Shown here piece by piece: positions 7,312-15,694 of a DNA stretch of 19,377 bases. Numbering within the stretch: position 1 is the stretch's first letter; every line of letters starts with the position of its first letter. A model generated the notes under the pieces. That model searched no databases, was not told the origin of the DNA, and worked only from the letters and a program-made list of their open reading frames with translations. The stretch lies in IMG/VR virus record IMGVR_UViG_3300028886_000075. The stretch is one strand, 5' to 3'. The translations under genes were made by a program, and so were the position numbers. The DNA is from a virus. Taxonomy: Duplodnaviria > Heunggongvirae > Uroviricota > Caudoviricetes.

Positions 7312-8364
7312 TTAATTTAATATATTATCTAATTCATAAACTCCATCTTTAGGTTTGTTTGAAATAACATCAATTACTTTTTGTTCTATTTCTTCTAATA
7401 ATTCAGGATTATCATTTAATAAATCAATGACAGCTTGCTTGCCTTGTCCAAGTTTTACTTCTCCATAACTGAACCAAGATCCCGATTTATGTATGATATC
7501 ATATTCAATTGATTTGTCTATTATTTCTCCAAATCTATTAATACCTTTACCAAACACAATTTCAAATTCTGCTTTTCTAAATGGAGGCGCACATTTGTTT
7601 TTTACAACTTTTACTTTTGTAAGATTCGCTATAGCATCTTCTCCATCTTTTACTTGAGAAGACTTTCTAACTTCTAATCTTATTGATGCATAGAATTTCA
7701 ATGCATTACCGCCAGTTGTTGTTTCAGGATTACCAAACATAACACCAATCTTTTCTCTTATCTGATTAATGAATATACATAAGCAGTTTGATTTTTTGAT
7801 AATACCTACCATCTTACGTAATGCTTGTGACATTAATCTAGCTTGAAGACCAATTCTTGCATCTCCCATAGCACCTTCCAATTCAGCTTTAGGTATCAAT
7901 GCTGCAACAGAATCAATAACACAAATACCTATTTTTCCTGAACTTATTAATTTTGTTGCAATTTCCAAACAGTCTTCACCACAGTCAGGTTGAGCAAACA
8001 ATAACTTATCTACATCAACACCAAGATTTGCTGCATAATCTCTATCAAATGCATTCTCGGCATCTATGTAAGCAGCCTTAAGACCCATCTTTTGTGCTTC
8101 AGCAACTGCATGAATTGCAAGTGTTGTCTTACCGCAACTTTCAGGTCCATATATTTCAACTATTCTCCCTTTTGGGTATCCTCCAATACCTAAAGCAACA
8201 TCTAAAGATAATGATCCTGAAGGAATAGTTTCAATATCCATAACTTCCGATTCTCCCAAAAGCATAACTGTTCCTTCCCCATATTGTTTTTTAATTTCCT
8301 TCAATACAGATTCTAATTCATTATCTATACCAAATTCTTTATCTATAATATCTTTCTTTGACAT
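7312..8364 (-). CDS. recA: Recombinase A, bacterial-type
   Basis: [82 protein letters not shown] and [11 protein letters not shown]. Confidence 0.97.
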   Translation of the reverse strand: MSKKDIIDKEFGIDNELESVLKEIKKQYGEGTVMLLGESEVMDIETIPSGSLSLDVALGIGGYPKGRIVEIYGPESCGKTTLAIHAVAEAQKMGLKAAYIDAENAFDRDYAANLGVDVDKLLFAQPDCGEDCLEIATKLISSGKIGICVIDSVAALIPKAELEGAMGDARIGLQARLMSQALRKMVGIIKKSNCLCIFINQIREKIGVMFGNPETTTGGNALKFYASIRLEVRKSSQVKDGEDAIANLTKVKVVKNKCAPPFRKAEFEIVFGKGINRFGEIIDKSIEYDIIHKSGSWFSYGEVKLGQGKQAVIDLLNDNPELLEEIEQKVIDVISNKPKDGVYELDNILN

Positions 8365-8390
8365 AGGTATTAAACAAAAATTTTAATTAA

Positions 8391-8404
8391 CTATATTATA
8401 TTTA
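8391..8404 (+). promoter_or_regulatory. Putative promoter motif CTATATTATATTTA
   Basis: Identical to 101-114; lies in the divergent intergenic region before a plus-strand block. Confidence 0.45.
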
Positions 8405-8444
8405 ATAATATAAATTAATTTTTATAAATATTATATAAATATAA

Positions 8445-8597
8445 ATGAGAGAATTTTTTGAACTAGTAAATGAATATCCATTGACTACAGTATTTTTAGT
8501 TTTTGGTTGTTGTTTTATACTGCAATATATAGGAGAAGCTATTCATGGTCCTAAAAAAATAATCATTATTGATAATGATAAAAAGAATAAAAAATAA
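8445..8597 (+). CDS. Small single-pass membrane protein, 50 aa (not in ORF track)
   Basis: MREFFELVNEYPLTTVFLVFGCCFILQYIGEAIHGPKKIIIIDNDKKNKK*; fills the gap and its TAA is 1 nt before the next ATG. Confidence 0.65.
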   Translation: MREFFELVNEYPLTTVFLVFGCCFILQYIGEAIHGPKKIIIIDNDKKNKK

Positions 8598-8598
8598 T

Positions 8599-8793
8599 AT
8601 GTATAAAAAAGAAACAACATGTAAATGTATTAAAGATTTAGAATTTGAAGATATTCAATTTCATAAAGGACGTGAATACCAAGTAGATATATATCCTCTA
8701 TATTATCAAATATATCAAAACGGTGGATGGAATGATTATATATTTATGGAAGGAGAAGATAAATTTAATGAATATTTTAAAGAAATTAAATAA
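8599..8793 (+). CDS. Hypothetical protein, 64 aa (ATG at 8599 preferred over 8569)
   Basis: MYKKETTCKCIKDLEF...; ATG directly follows the upstream stop. Confidence 0.65.
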   Translation: MYKKETTCKCIKDLEFEDIQFHKGREYQVDIYPLYYQIYQNGGWNDYIFMEGEDKFNEYFKEIK

Positions 8794-8799
8794 ACATAA

Positions 8800-8889
8800 T
8801 ATTCATCTTCTAGACCTTTAAAAATTCACAAAATTTTCACAGTAATAAATTATATTAAAAACTAATTTTATAAGCTTAGAAGATGAATA
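8800..8889. repeat. 13-bp perfect inverted repeat with a 64-nt interior in non-coding DNA (candidate structured RNA)
   Basis: TATTCATCTTCTA (8800-8812) / TAGAAGATGAATA (8877-8889). Confidence 0.7.
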
Positions 8890-8950
8890 ACCGCTATCTA
8901 TGAATGAATTTTAATATAGTTTATCATAAAAAATATTTTACATAAAATTA

Positions 8951-9226
8951 ATGATTAGAGAACATATAAAAAATAAGGTTTATGAATGCGTTAGAAAAAG
9001 ATTTTATGACCCTAAGATATTTAATAATTTAATAAGTATTTATCCTGATAATGGAGAAGATTTACTAATATATTCTGAAATTGGTTTTGATAGTTTAGAT
9101 GTAGTAGAATTTATTTTATCATTAGAAGAAACATTTAAAATTGTTTTACCAGATTATTTATTTAATTCAGAAGTAACTTTAAGAATAATTATAGATTATA
9201 TATATGAACAAAGAAAGAATATTTGA
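8951..9226 (+). CDS. Acyl carrier protein-like (phosphopantetheine attachment site)
   Basis: EIGFDSLDVVEFILSLEETFKIVLPD...TLRIIIDYI matches the ACP helix II-IV pattern; DSL serine is residue 48. Confidence 0.85.
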   Translation: MIREHIKNKVYECVRKRFYDPKIFNNLISIYPDNGEDLLIYSEIGFDSLDVVEFILSLEETFKIVLPDYLFNSEVTLRIIIDYIYEQRKNI

Positions 9227-10301
9227 ATCATTTAAAAACTTTAATAGTCATAGTGATGATTATTTAGGTGCATTTTTTATTAATTGTTTTAATGAATTTC
9301 CACAATTATATAGAGTATATTTTGATGAATTAGGAAATATTGTATATCATAATGGGATGAATTCATTTTATAATATTAGAAAAAATATTAAATACCGAGT
9401 TGATAGTCGTAAGACAATTATAGAAATTAATAAAGATAAAGAAAAATTAAATTTAGAAGTATTTAATTATTCTGCTAATGAATATTTTATATTAGGGTAT
9501 TTTGAAAATATTCCTATATTAATTAATATTACATTAGGACAAGATGGTGAGATGGCAGATTATTATGAAGAGATATATACAACAAATATTGAAGTAGTAT
9601 TTGAATACGTTAAAAAATATTTCTTTAAAGCTGAACATAAAAATAATACAGAATTTGGTATTGCAGCTTCTGATGCAACTCGTCAATTATATACTTCATG
9701 GTTTGAATATACACCTCAAGAAGTAGATATCAAAACAAATTATAATGATGATCTTCCTTATGATAGAATTTGTAATATATTAGAACAGGAACATAAACCA
9801 GAATTATTATTTTTTTATGGACCTGCAGGTACAGGTAAGACTACTTTTATAAAACATCTTATTGGAAAGTATCCCGATAGAGATTTTGTATTTATAGATG
9901 GATCATTATTATATGAATCGTCACAAGAAAAACTCATGACATATTTCTTAGAAAATCAGAACACAATATTTATATTAGAAGACTGTGAAAAAATATTAAT
10001 GAGTAGAGAAGATGGATTTAATCCTGTTATGCCAATACTATTAAATATTACTGATGGAATTATCGGAGATGTTTTAGGAATTAAGATAATTTGTACATTT
10101 AATACAAATATAAATAAAATAGATGATGCATTAAAACGTAAAGGACGACTTTCACTAAAATATGAATTTAAGAAATTAAATAAAGATAAGGTTAAAAATA
10201 TATTACCTGATGAAAATCAAGATATGACATTAGCAGATATTTATAATATAAAGATTGAAAATGATTATAGTAAAAAAGAAACTAGAAAAATAGGATTTTA
10301 A
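9204..10301 (+). CDS. AAA+ ATPase (single domain, Bacteroidota-type)
   Basis: Walker A FYGPAGTGKT, Walker B IFILEDCE, sensor ICTFNT, Arg finger DALKRKGRL, C-terminal RKIGF; start overlaps the ACP gene end by 23 nt. Confidence 0.88.
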   Translation: MNKERIFESFKNFNSHSDDYLGAFFINCFNEFPQLYRVYFDELGNIVYHNGMNSFYNIRKNIKYRVDSRKTIIEINKDKEKLNLEVFNYSANEYFILGYFENIPILINITLGQDGEMADYYEEIYTTNIEVVFEYVKKYFFKAEHKNNTEFGIAASDATRQLYTSWFEYTPQEVDIKTNYNDDLPYDRICNILEQEHKPELLFFYGPAGTGKTTFIKHLIGKYPDRDFVFIDGSLLYESSQEKLMTYFLENQNTIFILEDCEKILMSREDGFNPVMPILLNITDGIIGDVLGIKIICTFNTNINKIDDALKRKGRLSLKYEFKKLNKDKVKNILPDENQDMTLADIYNIKIENDYSKKETRKIGF

Positions 10302-10306
10302 TATTT

Positions 10307-10846
10307 ATGGAAGAAAATATTTTATTAGGTAAAATAGAAAATGATAATAAAACTTGTTCATGGCCAACACCTGAACGTGAAGCTAAGACAATAGAAATTA
10401 TCAATAACATGCAGCAACAAATACCGCAAGAATTATTAGATAATATAAAAAATTCTGATTTAATGAAAATAAAATCTAAATCTTTATATCAATGGGGTTT
10501 AGAAACTGCATTAACATTAGAAAATATTGATAAAGAAATTAATTTATTTATGATTGCTCAAGATCCAAAAACAGGAGAGATCACTCATATATGTCATTCT
10601 TGCGATACTGATGATCTTGAGAAAAGAATAGATAAATTAGTAAGAATGATTAATAATGCATGTTATGGGGTAAGAGAACATAATAATGAACCAGTTGCAA
10701 ATGAAATATTTACTATTATAGCTAATGTTTGTGCTGCATATTGTGCTCAGTCTGAAGATACATTCAAAAGTTTTATGCATGTAGTTAAATATTTTATAGA
10801 TATTAATAAAGAAGCAGAAGAAAAAACTAAAGAATCTCAAACATAA
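10307..10846 (+). CDS. Hypothetical protein, 179 aa
   Basis: ORF tightly packed after the AAA gene, with phage-like codon usage. Confidence 0.7.
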   Translation: MEENILLGKIENDNKTCSWPTPEREAKTIEIINNMQQQIPQELLDNIKNSDLMKIKSKSLYQWGLETALTLENIDKEINLFMIAQDPKTGEITHICHSCDTDDLEKRIDKLVRMINNACYGVREHNNEPVANEIFTIIANVCAAYCAQSEDTFKSFMHVVKYFIDINKEAEEKTKESQT

Positions 10847-11054
10847 GATTTTTCATATTTGAACCTATAGTAAGATGCTTATTAGATGGATATACAATAA
10901 CTTCAAATAATATTTCATTATTTTTTTGATGTATATCCATTATTTTGCATTTAATATCAAATTTTGGAAAAAACTCACAATCTGATTTAAATCTTACTTT
11001 TTTTAATAAAAGACTATATATAGTTTCTAATGATAAATCTTTTATAAATTTCAT
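10827..11054 (-). CDS. Hypothetical protein, 75 aa
   Basis: MKFIKDLSLE...; fills the gap, ends in TAG and has a 20-nt convergent overlap with its neighbour. Confidence 0.6.
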   Translation of the reverse strand: MKFIKDLSLETIYSLLLKKVRFKSDCEFFPKFDIKCKIMDIHQKNNEILFEVIVYPSNKHLTIGSNMKNLMFEIL

Positions 11055-11098
11055 ATTATATCTATATTATATATTATATTAATTTAAAAATAAAATAA

Positions 11099-12283
11099 AT
11101 GGAACAAGAAGAACGTTTTTGTAGTTTTTGTGGTAAATCAATTAATGAAACAGATATTTTGTTTAGTGGTAATGATGGATATATTTGTGCAAATTGTCTA
11201 AAAAGATGTAATGATGAATTAGAAAAAAATTCAAGAACAGTAAATAGTCATACATTAGCAGGTGTACCTAAACCTAAAGAAATTAAAGAATTTTTAGATA
11301 AATATGTAATTGGACAAGATAAAGTTAAAGAACGAATATCTGTAGCAGTATATAATCATTATAAACGTATTAATACTGAAACAGAAAATGATGTTGAAAT
11401 TGATAAATCAAATATACTAGTTGTAGGTCCAACAGGTTCTGGAAAAACACTTATTGCAAAAACTGTAGCAAAACTTCTTAATGTACCTTTTACTATTGGA
11501 GATGCAACGGTTTTAACTGAAGCAGGATATGTTGGTGAAGATGTTGAATCACTTTTAGTTAATCTTTATCAAGCTGCCGATTATGATGTTGAAAAAACAG
11601 AAAGGGGAATTGTATTTATTGATGAAATAGATAAAATTGCACGTAAAGGAGATAATGCTTCAATATCTCGAGATGTATCAGGTGAAGGTGTTCAACAAGG
11701 TCTTTTAAAACTTCTTGAAGGATCTATTGTTTCAATTCCTCCTAAAGGTGGTCGTAAACACCCAGATACTCCATTAGTAAAAATTAATACAAAGAATATA
11801 TTATTTATATGCGGTGGAGCTTTTGTAGGTATTGAAGATAAAGTTAAGAATAGATGTAATAAACAGATAATTGGTTTTAATAGTCCAACAAAAAATGATT
11901 TAGATGAAACAGATTATTTAGATATGTTAAATCCAATTGATTTAAAGTCGTTTGGACTTATTCCTGAAATTATTGGACGATTACCAATTATTACTCATAC
12001 AAATGAATTAGATAGAAATGCATTAATAAAAATTCTTAAAGAACCAAAAAATGCATTAATTAAACAATATAAAAAATTATTTTCTCTTGATAATGTAAAT
12101 CTTGAATTTACAGATGAGGCATTGGAATATATTGTAGATAAAACACTTGAATATAAACTTGGTGCTCGAGGACTTAGAAATGTTATGGAAGATATAATGA
12201 ATTCAGCAATGTTTAATAGTCCTTCATCAGACGTCAAAGAAATAATAGTTGATATTGATTATGTAAAGAATCAAATAGGGTAA
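11099..12283 (+). CDS. clpX: ATP-dependent Clp protease ATP-binding subunit ClpX
   Basis: N-terminal zinc finger CSFC...CANC, VIGQ, GPTGSGKT, GYVGEDVE, FIDEIDK, RDVSGEGVQQGLLK, GGRKHP, IGF loop, PEIIGRLP and GARGLR. Confidence 0.97.
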   Translation: MEQEERFCSFCGKSINETDILFSGNDGYICANCLKRCNDELEKNSRTVNSHTLAGVPKPKEIKEFLDKYVIGQDKVKERISVAVYNHYKRINTETENDVEIDKSNILVVGPTGSGKTLIAKTVAKLLNVPFTIGDATVLTEAGYVGEDVESLLVNLYQAADYDVEKTERGIVFIDEIDKIARKGDNASISRDVSGEGVQQGLLKLLEGSIVSIPPKGGRKHPDTPLVKINTKNILFICGGAFVGIEDKVKNRCNKQIIGFNSPTKNDLDETDYLDMLNPIDLKSFGLIPEIIGRLPIITHTNELDRNALIKILKEPKNALIKQYKKLFSLDNVNLEFTDEALEYIVDKTLEYKLGARGLRNVMEDIMNSAMFNSPSSDVKEIIVDIDYVKNQIG

Positions 12284-12303
12284 CTAATGTTACCCTATTT
12301 TTT
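12273..12303. terminator. 12-bp hairpin between convergent clpX and lectin-like genes
   Basis: AAATAGGGTAAC-TAAT-GTTACCCTATTT followed by a T run; includes the clpX stop codon. Confidence 0.85.
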
Positions 12304-12314
12304 ATGTATATAAA

Positions 12315-13274
12315 TTAATAAGTAATCATAGCAACAACATAGTAGCCAATGCTCTTATAGTTGCTGCCGATGGCGCCATTATAAGTATAGACGTAGTATG
12401 CGTTATAACTATCATACGCAGTAGAGCTCCAATAGTAGTGACTAGCTAACGAAGTAACACAATCAGTTGAATATATTGCAGAAATTTGTGCTAACTTAGT
12501 ATTTATATCGTTACGTAAAGCAACTATCATACTCATTTCACCACCCGCACCAAGATACCAATCTCCTGCATTTGTTCCTACAGTATGATAGCGAGCACAA
12601 CAACAAGCAGCAGGAGCATAGTTTTCATCTGAATTATTTGTTATTGATGTATCTGTCATCCATGTTGACTGTGCTGTAGCCGTAGCAAGAATCTTATCTG
12701 TTTTGTTTTTACCATCTATATCTGTTACTACATATTGGTTTGCTGTACCTAATACAGATGTATTCCATTCGTTATTTGCATCAAATACAGATGGAATTAA
12801 ACTATATGTTTGTGTTTGCCATGATGTAGTTAGATAACCATAATTATATCCACCATGATGAGTATATTTTATATTAGCAATAGTAGATATGTTTATTCCA
12901 CTATTACCCCAACCCATGTCTTGTACTGTTAATGATCCAGTTTCTGGTGTTGTATAGTTCATATATTTAAGTGACATAAAACGAGCAGGTTCATTCTCAC
13001 CAAAGAATCCAGTTTTAGCAACGCAGATACCAATAGGAGTATAACCCAAGCTTGGATCTAATATAGTTGAATCAACTTTCTTTTCTCCATTAGCATTAGC
13101 ATAAAGTATATCTAATATATTATATGATGGCGGTGCAATATATGTATTATAGTGTACTTCATTTTGTTGTTTACATAATGATACAGTTGGTTTACCTTCA
13201 GTTTCTGGAAATTCAGAACCAACTAAATATTCCTCATATAAAGAATGTTCAGAAAAATGTTTAAGATATTTCAT
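12315..13274 (-). CDS. Virion-type protein with C-terminal C-type-lectin fold (DUF1566/Mtd-like); probable DGR target
   Basis: GDWYLGAGGEM...YYWSSTAY...NAYYV...G...YK...YYVVAM matches WYLPSxGEL...YWSSTE...AWxV...G...K...YVRAV; N-terminus MKYLKHFSEHSLY...PTVSLC...EVHY. Confidence 0.8.
   Translation of the reverse strand: MKYLKHFSEHSLYEEYLVGSEFPETEGKPTVSLCKQQNEVHYNTYIAPPSYNILDILYANANGEKKVDSTILDPSLGYTPIGICVAKTGFFGENEPARFMSLKYMNYTTPETGSLTVQDMGWGNSGINISTIANIKYTHHGGYNYGYLTTSWQTQTYSLIPSVFDANNEWNTSVLGTANQYVVTDIDGKNKTDKILATATAQSTWMTDTSITNNSDENYAPAACCCARYHTVGTNAGDWYLGAGGEMSMIVALRNDINTKLAQISAIYSTDCVTSLASHYYWSSTAYDSYNAYYVYTYNGAIGSNYKSIGYYVVAMITY
12318..12446 (-). mobile_element. Putative DGR variable region (VR)
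   Basis: 29 of the 33 codons in 12342-12440 end in C/T and 16 end in C, unlike the rest of the gene; conserved STE appears as ACT GCG (STA). Confidence 0.65.
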
Positions 13275-13303
13275 ATAATATTTGAATATTATTTATTTTT
13301 TTA

Positions 13304-13317
13304 CTATATTAAATTTG
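13304..13317 (+). promoter_or_regulatory. Putative promoter: CTATATTA motif overlapping a Bacteroidota -7 element TAAATTTG
   Basis: CTATATTAAATTTG; 13310-13317 fits TAnnTTTG. Confidence 0.4.
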
Positions 13318-13418
13318 TAATTAATTTAATAATTATAATTAAAAATAATCAATGATATTAATAATTTTTCTGAGTTGTAATCTTGATAAAATTATGTAAA
13401 AGTAAATAAGAAGTATAT

Positions 13419-13664
13419 ATGAAAATATCAAATGGTTCTAAAGATCGATGTCGACAAAAGTTTCAGTATAAAGGTATTGGTAAAATTATAAATAGAGTTT
13501 GTAATTTGTTTGAAAATGAAGATATTGAAGCCATTATATCTGAATGTATTTATGATTCAGATAATCCAATAATGTATAATGTTTTACTTTATTTAATTAG
13601 AGAAAATTGTAAAGATAGTAAAATTATAAATGAATTAAAAGATTTTCAATACATCTATGAATAA
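13419..13664 (+). CDS. Hypothetical protein, 81 aa
   Basis: ORF whose end overlaps the mnmA start by 8 nt. Confidence 0.65.
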   Translation: MKISNGSKDRCRQKFQYKGIGKIINRVCNLFENEDIEAIISECIYDSDNPIMYNVLLYLIRENCKDSKIINELKDFQYIYE

Positions 13665-14817
13665 GATAGCACTTTTACTTTCAGGTGGTGTTGATTCTTC
13701 AGTTGCATTACATATACTTTGTTCAACTGGAGAAAAGCCTGATTGTTTTTATATACATATTGGTCCTGATGAGAAGGATTCATATAGTTGTACATCTGAG
13801 GAGGATATTGAGATGGCTTCAGCAGTTGCTGCAAAGTATGGGTGTAAGTTTGAGATAATTGATTTACATAAGGAGTATTGGGATAATGTAGTATCATATA
13901 CAATGGATAAGGTAAAAAATGGTTTTACACCTAATCCTGATGTTATGTGTAATACATTAATTAAGTTTGGTGCATTTTACGATAAGGTTGGATATAAGTA
14001 TGATTATATTGCGACTGGACATTATGCAACTAAAGTGGGATATGCAAATGGTAAATGTAAAGATGTACCAGATTGGGTAACACCTAATCATTTTTTACCA
14101 AGTGAAGTCGAGTGGTGGATTTGTCCTGCAAAAGATCCTGTGAAGGACCAAGTTGATTTTATTGCAAATATTGATACAAAGAAAATTCCTATTTCAAAGA
14201 TTATATTTCCTATTGGTAATCTTATGAAGGATGAAGTTCGAAAGATTGCTGAGGAAAATCATTTAATTAATGCTAAGCGTAAGGATTCACAAGGTATTTG
14301 TTTTTTAGGCAAGATAAATTATAATGAGTATATTAAGAAGTATCTTGGTACAAATCCTGGTGATATTATTGATATAGATACTAATAAAAAAATAGGTATT
14401 CATTATGGACATTGGTTTCATACAATAGGTCAACGTAAAGGTTTAAATCTTTCAGGTGGTCCATGGTATGTTGTATTTAAGGATATAAAAACAAATATTG
14501 TTTATGTATCTAAAAATAAGGAATGTATGAATACAAATGAATTCTATATTAGAGATATAAATTGGTTAACAAAAAATTTATGTGAAAATATTGAAAATAA
14601 TTCAAAATTTATTTGTGATATTAAATTTAAGGTTAGACATTCTCCTGAAGTATATAATGGAAAATTGATGTTAACAGATGAATCAAATATATTAAAAATT
14701 ATTTGTGATACTCCTATGAAAGTTGCAAATGGTCAATTTTGTACATTATATGATAAAGATTATTATCATTGTTATGGAACAGGTGAAATGATTCAAAAAA
14801 TACAAATAAATCAATAA
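13657..14817 (+). CDS. mnmA: tRNA-specific 2-thiouridylase MnmA
   Basis: LLSGGVDSSVA (PP-loop), NPDVMCN, IATGHYA, DPVKDQVDF, KDSQGICFLG, TIGQRKGL and GQFCTLY. Confidence 0.96.
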   Translation: MNKIALLLSGGVDSSVALHILCSTGEKPDCFYIHIGPDEKDSYSCTSEEDIEMASAVAAKYGCKFEIIDLHKEYWDNVVSYTMDKVKNGFTPNPDVMCNTLIKFGAFYDKVGYKYDYIATGHYATKVGYANGKCKDVPDWVTPNHFLPSEVEWWICPAKDPVKDQVDFIANIDTKKIPISKIIFPIGNLMKDEVRKIAEENHLINAKRKDSQGICFLGKINYNEYIKKYLGTNPGDIIDIDTNKKIGIHYGHWFHTIGQRKGLNLSGGPWYVVFKDIKTNIVYVSKNKECMNTNEFYIRDINWLTKNLCENIENNSKFICDIKFKVRHSPEVYNGKLMLTDESNILKIICDTPMKVANGQFCTLYDKDYYHCYGTGEMIQKIQINQ

Positions 14818-14826
14818 AATATTATT

Positions 14827-15117
14827 ATGAATAAAGAGAAAAAGATGCAAATTGCAAAAAATATAGCTAAGTCTATATTAATAGCATTAAAAAATGAAAA
14901 CTGTTTTGATGCTTTTGTTACAAGATTTTATACAAAAATAAAATGCATCAATTATCTTTCAGATAATATTAGTAAATATTTTCAAAAAGGTAATTCTACA
15001 TTAGTAAATTGGAATAAGAATACTTGGTTTGATATATTTGATGATAAAATAATTGTAGAAGCTTTAGTATTCTATATGACTGATTTTAATCTTAATAAAG
15101 AATTTGAAGAATCATAA
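14827..15117 (+). CDS. Hypothetical protein, 96 aa
   Basis: Tightly packed ORF in the plus-strand block. Confidence 0.65.
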   Translation: MNKEKKMQIAKNIAKSILIALKNENCFDAFVTRFYTKIKCINYLSDNISKYFQKGNSTLVNWNKNTWFDIFDDKIIVEALVFYMTDFNLNKEFEES

Positions 15118-15134
15118 ATATATAAATTAATATA

Positions 15135-15377
15135 ATGAAAAAATTTTTATTTACATTAATTTTATGTTTAGTATTAAGTTTTGGTTATACTGGGTGTAAT
15201 AAACCTGACCAAAAAATAAAAGGATATCCTAAAGCCGTGTATAAAGGAGTTAAATGGGATATGGTACAAGTTAATGAAAGTATTTATACATTAGTTCCAG
15301 GAATTAATGTAGATAATTCAGTTAAACCAATTGTATTTAATACTAAGCATTTTAACGTTTCAGAAATAATGGAATAA
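15135..15377 (+). CDS. Putative lipoprotein, 80 aa
   Basis: MKK + hydrophobic FLFTLILCLVLSFG + YTGC lipobox-like site. Confidence 0.65.
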   Translation: MKKFLFTLILCLVLSFGYTGCNKPDQKIKGYPKAVYKGVKWDMVQVNESIYTLVPGINVDNSVKPIVFNTKHFNVSEIME

Positions 15378-15378
15378 T

Positions 15379-15639
15379 ATGATTGAAAGAATAGAGGAAC
15401 GAGTTAGAAATATGATGAATCCGTTTTATACGGTTATTCAATTAATTAATGAAAATAGTAATGGACGTCTATCTGATGAAAATCTTTTGAAATTTATTAA
15501 ATCAAAAAATATGCAATCATCAATGGATACGTCCATTACTTATTTAATTGATATGTCTAAAATTATTGATGAAAATCTACCTGAAAATTTCGATATTAAT
15601 AAACTTTTAGATAAATCAAAATATTATAGAAAAAATTAA
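15379..15639 (+). CDS. Hypothetical protein, 86 aa
   Basis: ATG 1 nt after the upstream stop. Confidence 0.65.
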   Translation: MIERIEERVRNMMNPFYTVIQLINENSNGRLSDENLLKFIKSKNMQSSMDTSITYLIDMSKIIDENLPENFDINKLLDKSKYYRKN

Positions 15640-15694
15640 TATAATTTAGATATTTGTACTATATTTAAATATGAAATAAATTTCATAAATATTA

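Noticed and set aside
3676-8443. T4 late promoter TATAAATA copies before 3698 and 8445
   Set aside because: Expected often by chance at this AT content and not consistently placed before late-type genes
8445-8474. MREFFELVNE as another capsid-targeting tag
   Set aside because: Lacks MK and I8 and is followed by a transmembrane segment, unlike soluble internal proteins
8794-8950. tRNA or MITE in the intergenic gap
   Set aside because: No cloverleaf, T-loop (GTTC) or CCA; inverted repeats lack an evident flanking target-site duplication
9204-10301. AAA ATPase as the MoxR partner of the VWA protein
   Set aside because: Motifs fit a classical-clade small AAA (Walker B ILEDCE, DxALxRxGR) rather than MoxR, and the genes are 8 kb apart on opposite strands
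10637-10840. Minus-strand 67-aa Phe-rich ORF
   Set aside because: Typical antisense translation of an A-rich plus-strand gene
11995-12237. Minus-strand 80-aa ORF
   Set aside because: Shadow of clpX
13655-13903. Minus-strand 82-aa ORF
   Set aside because: Shadow of mnmA
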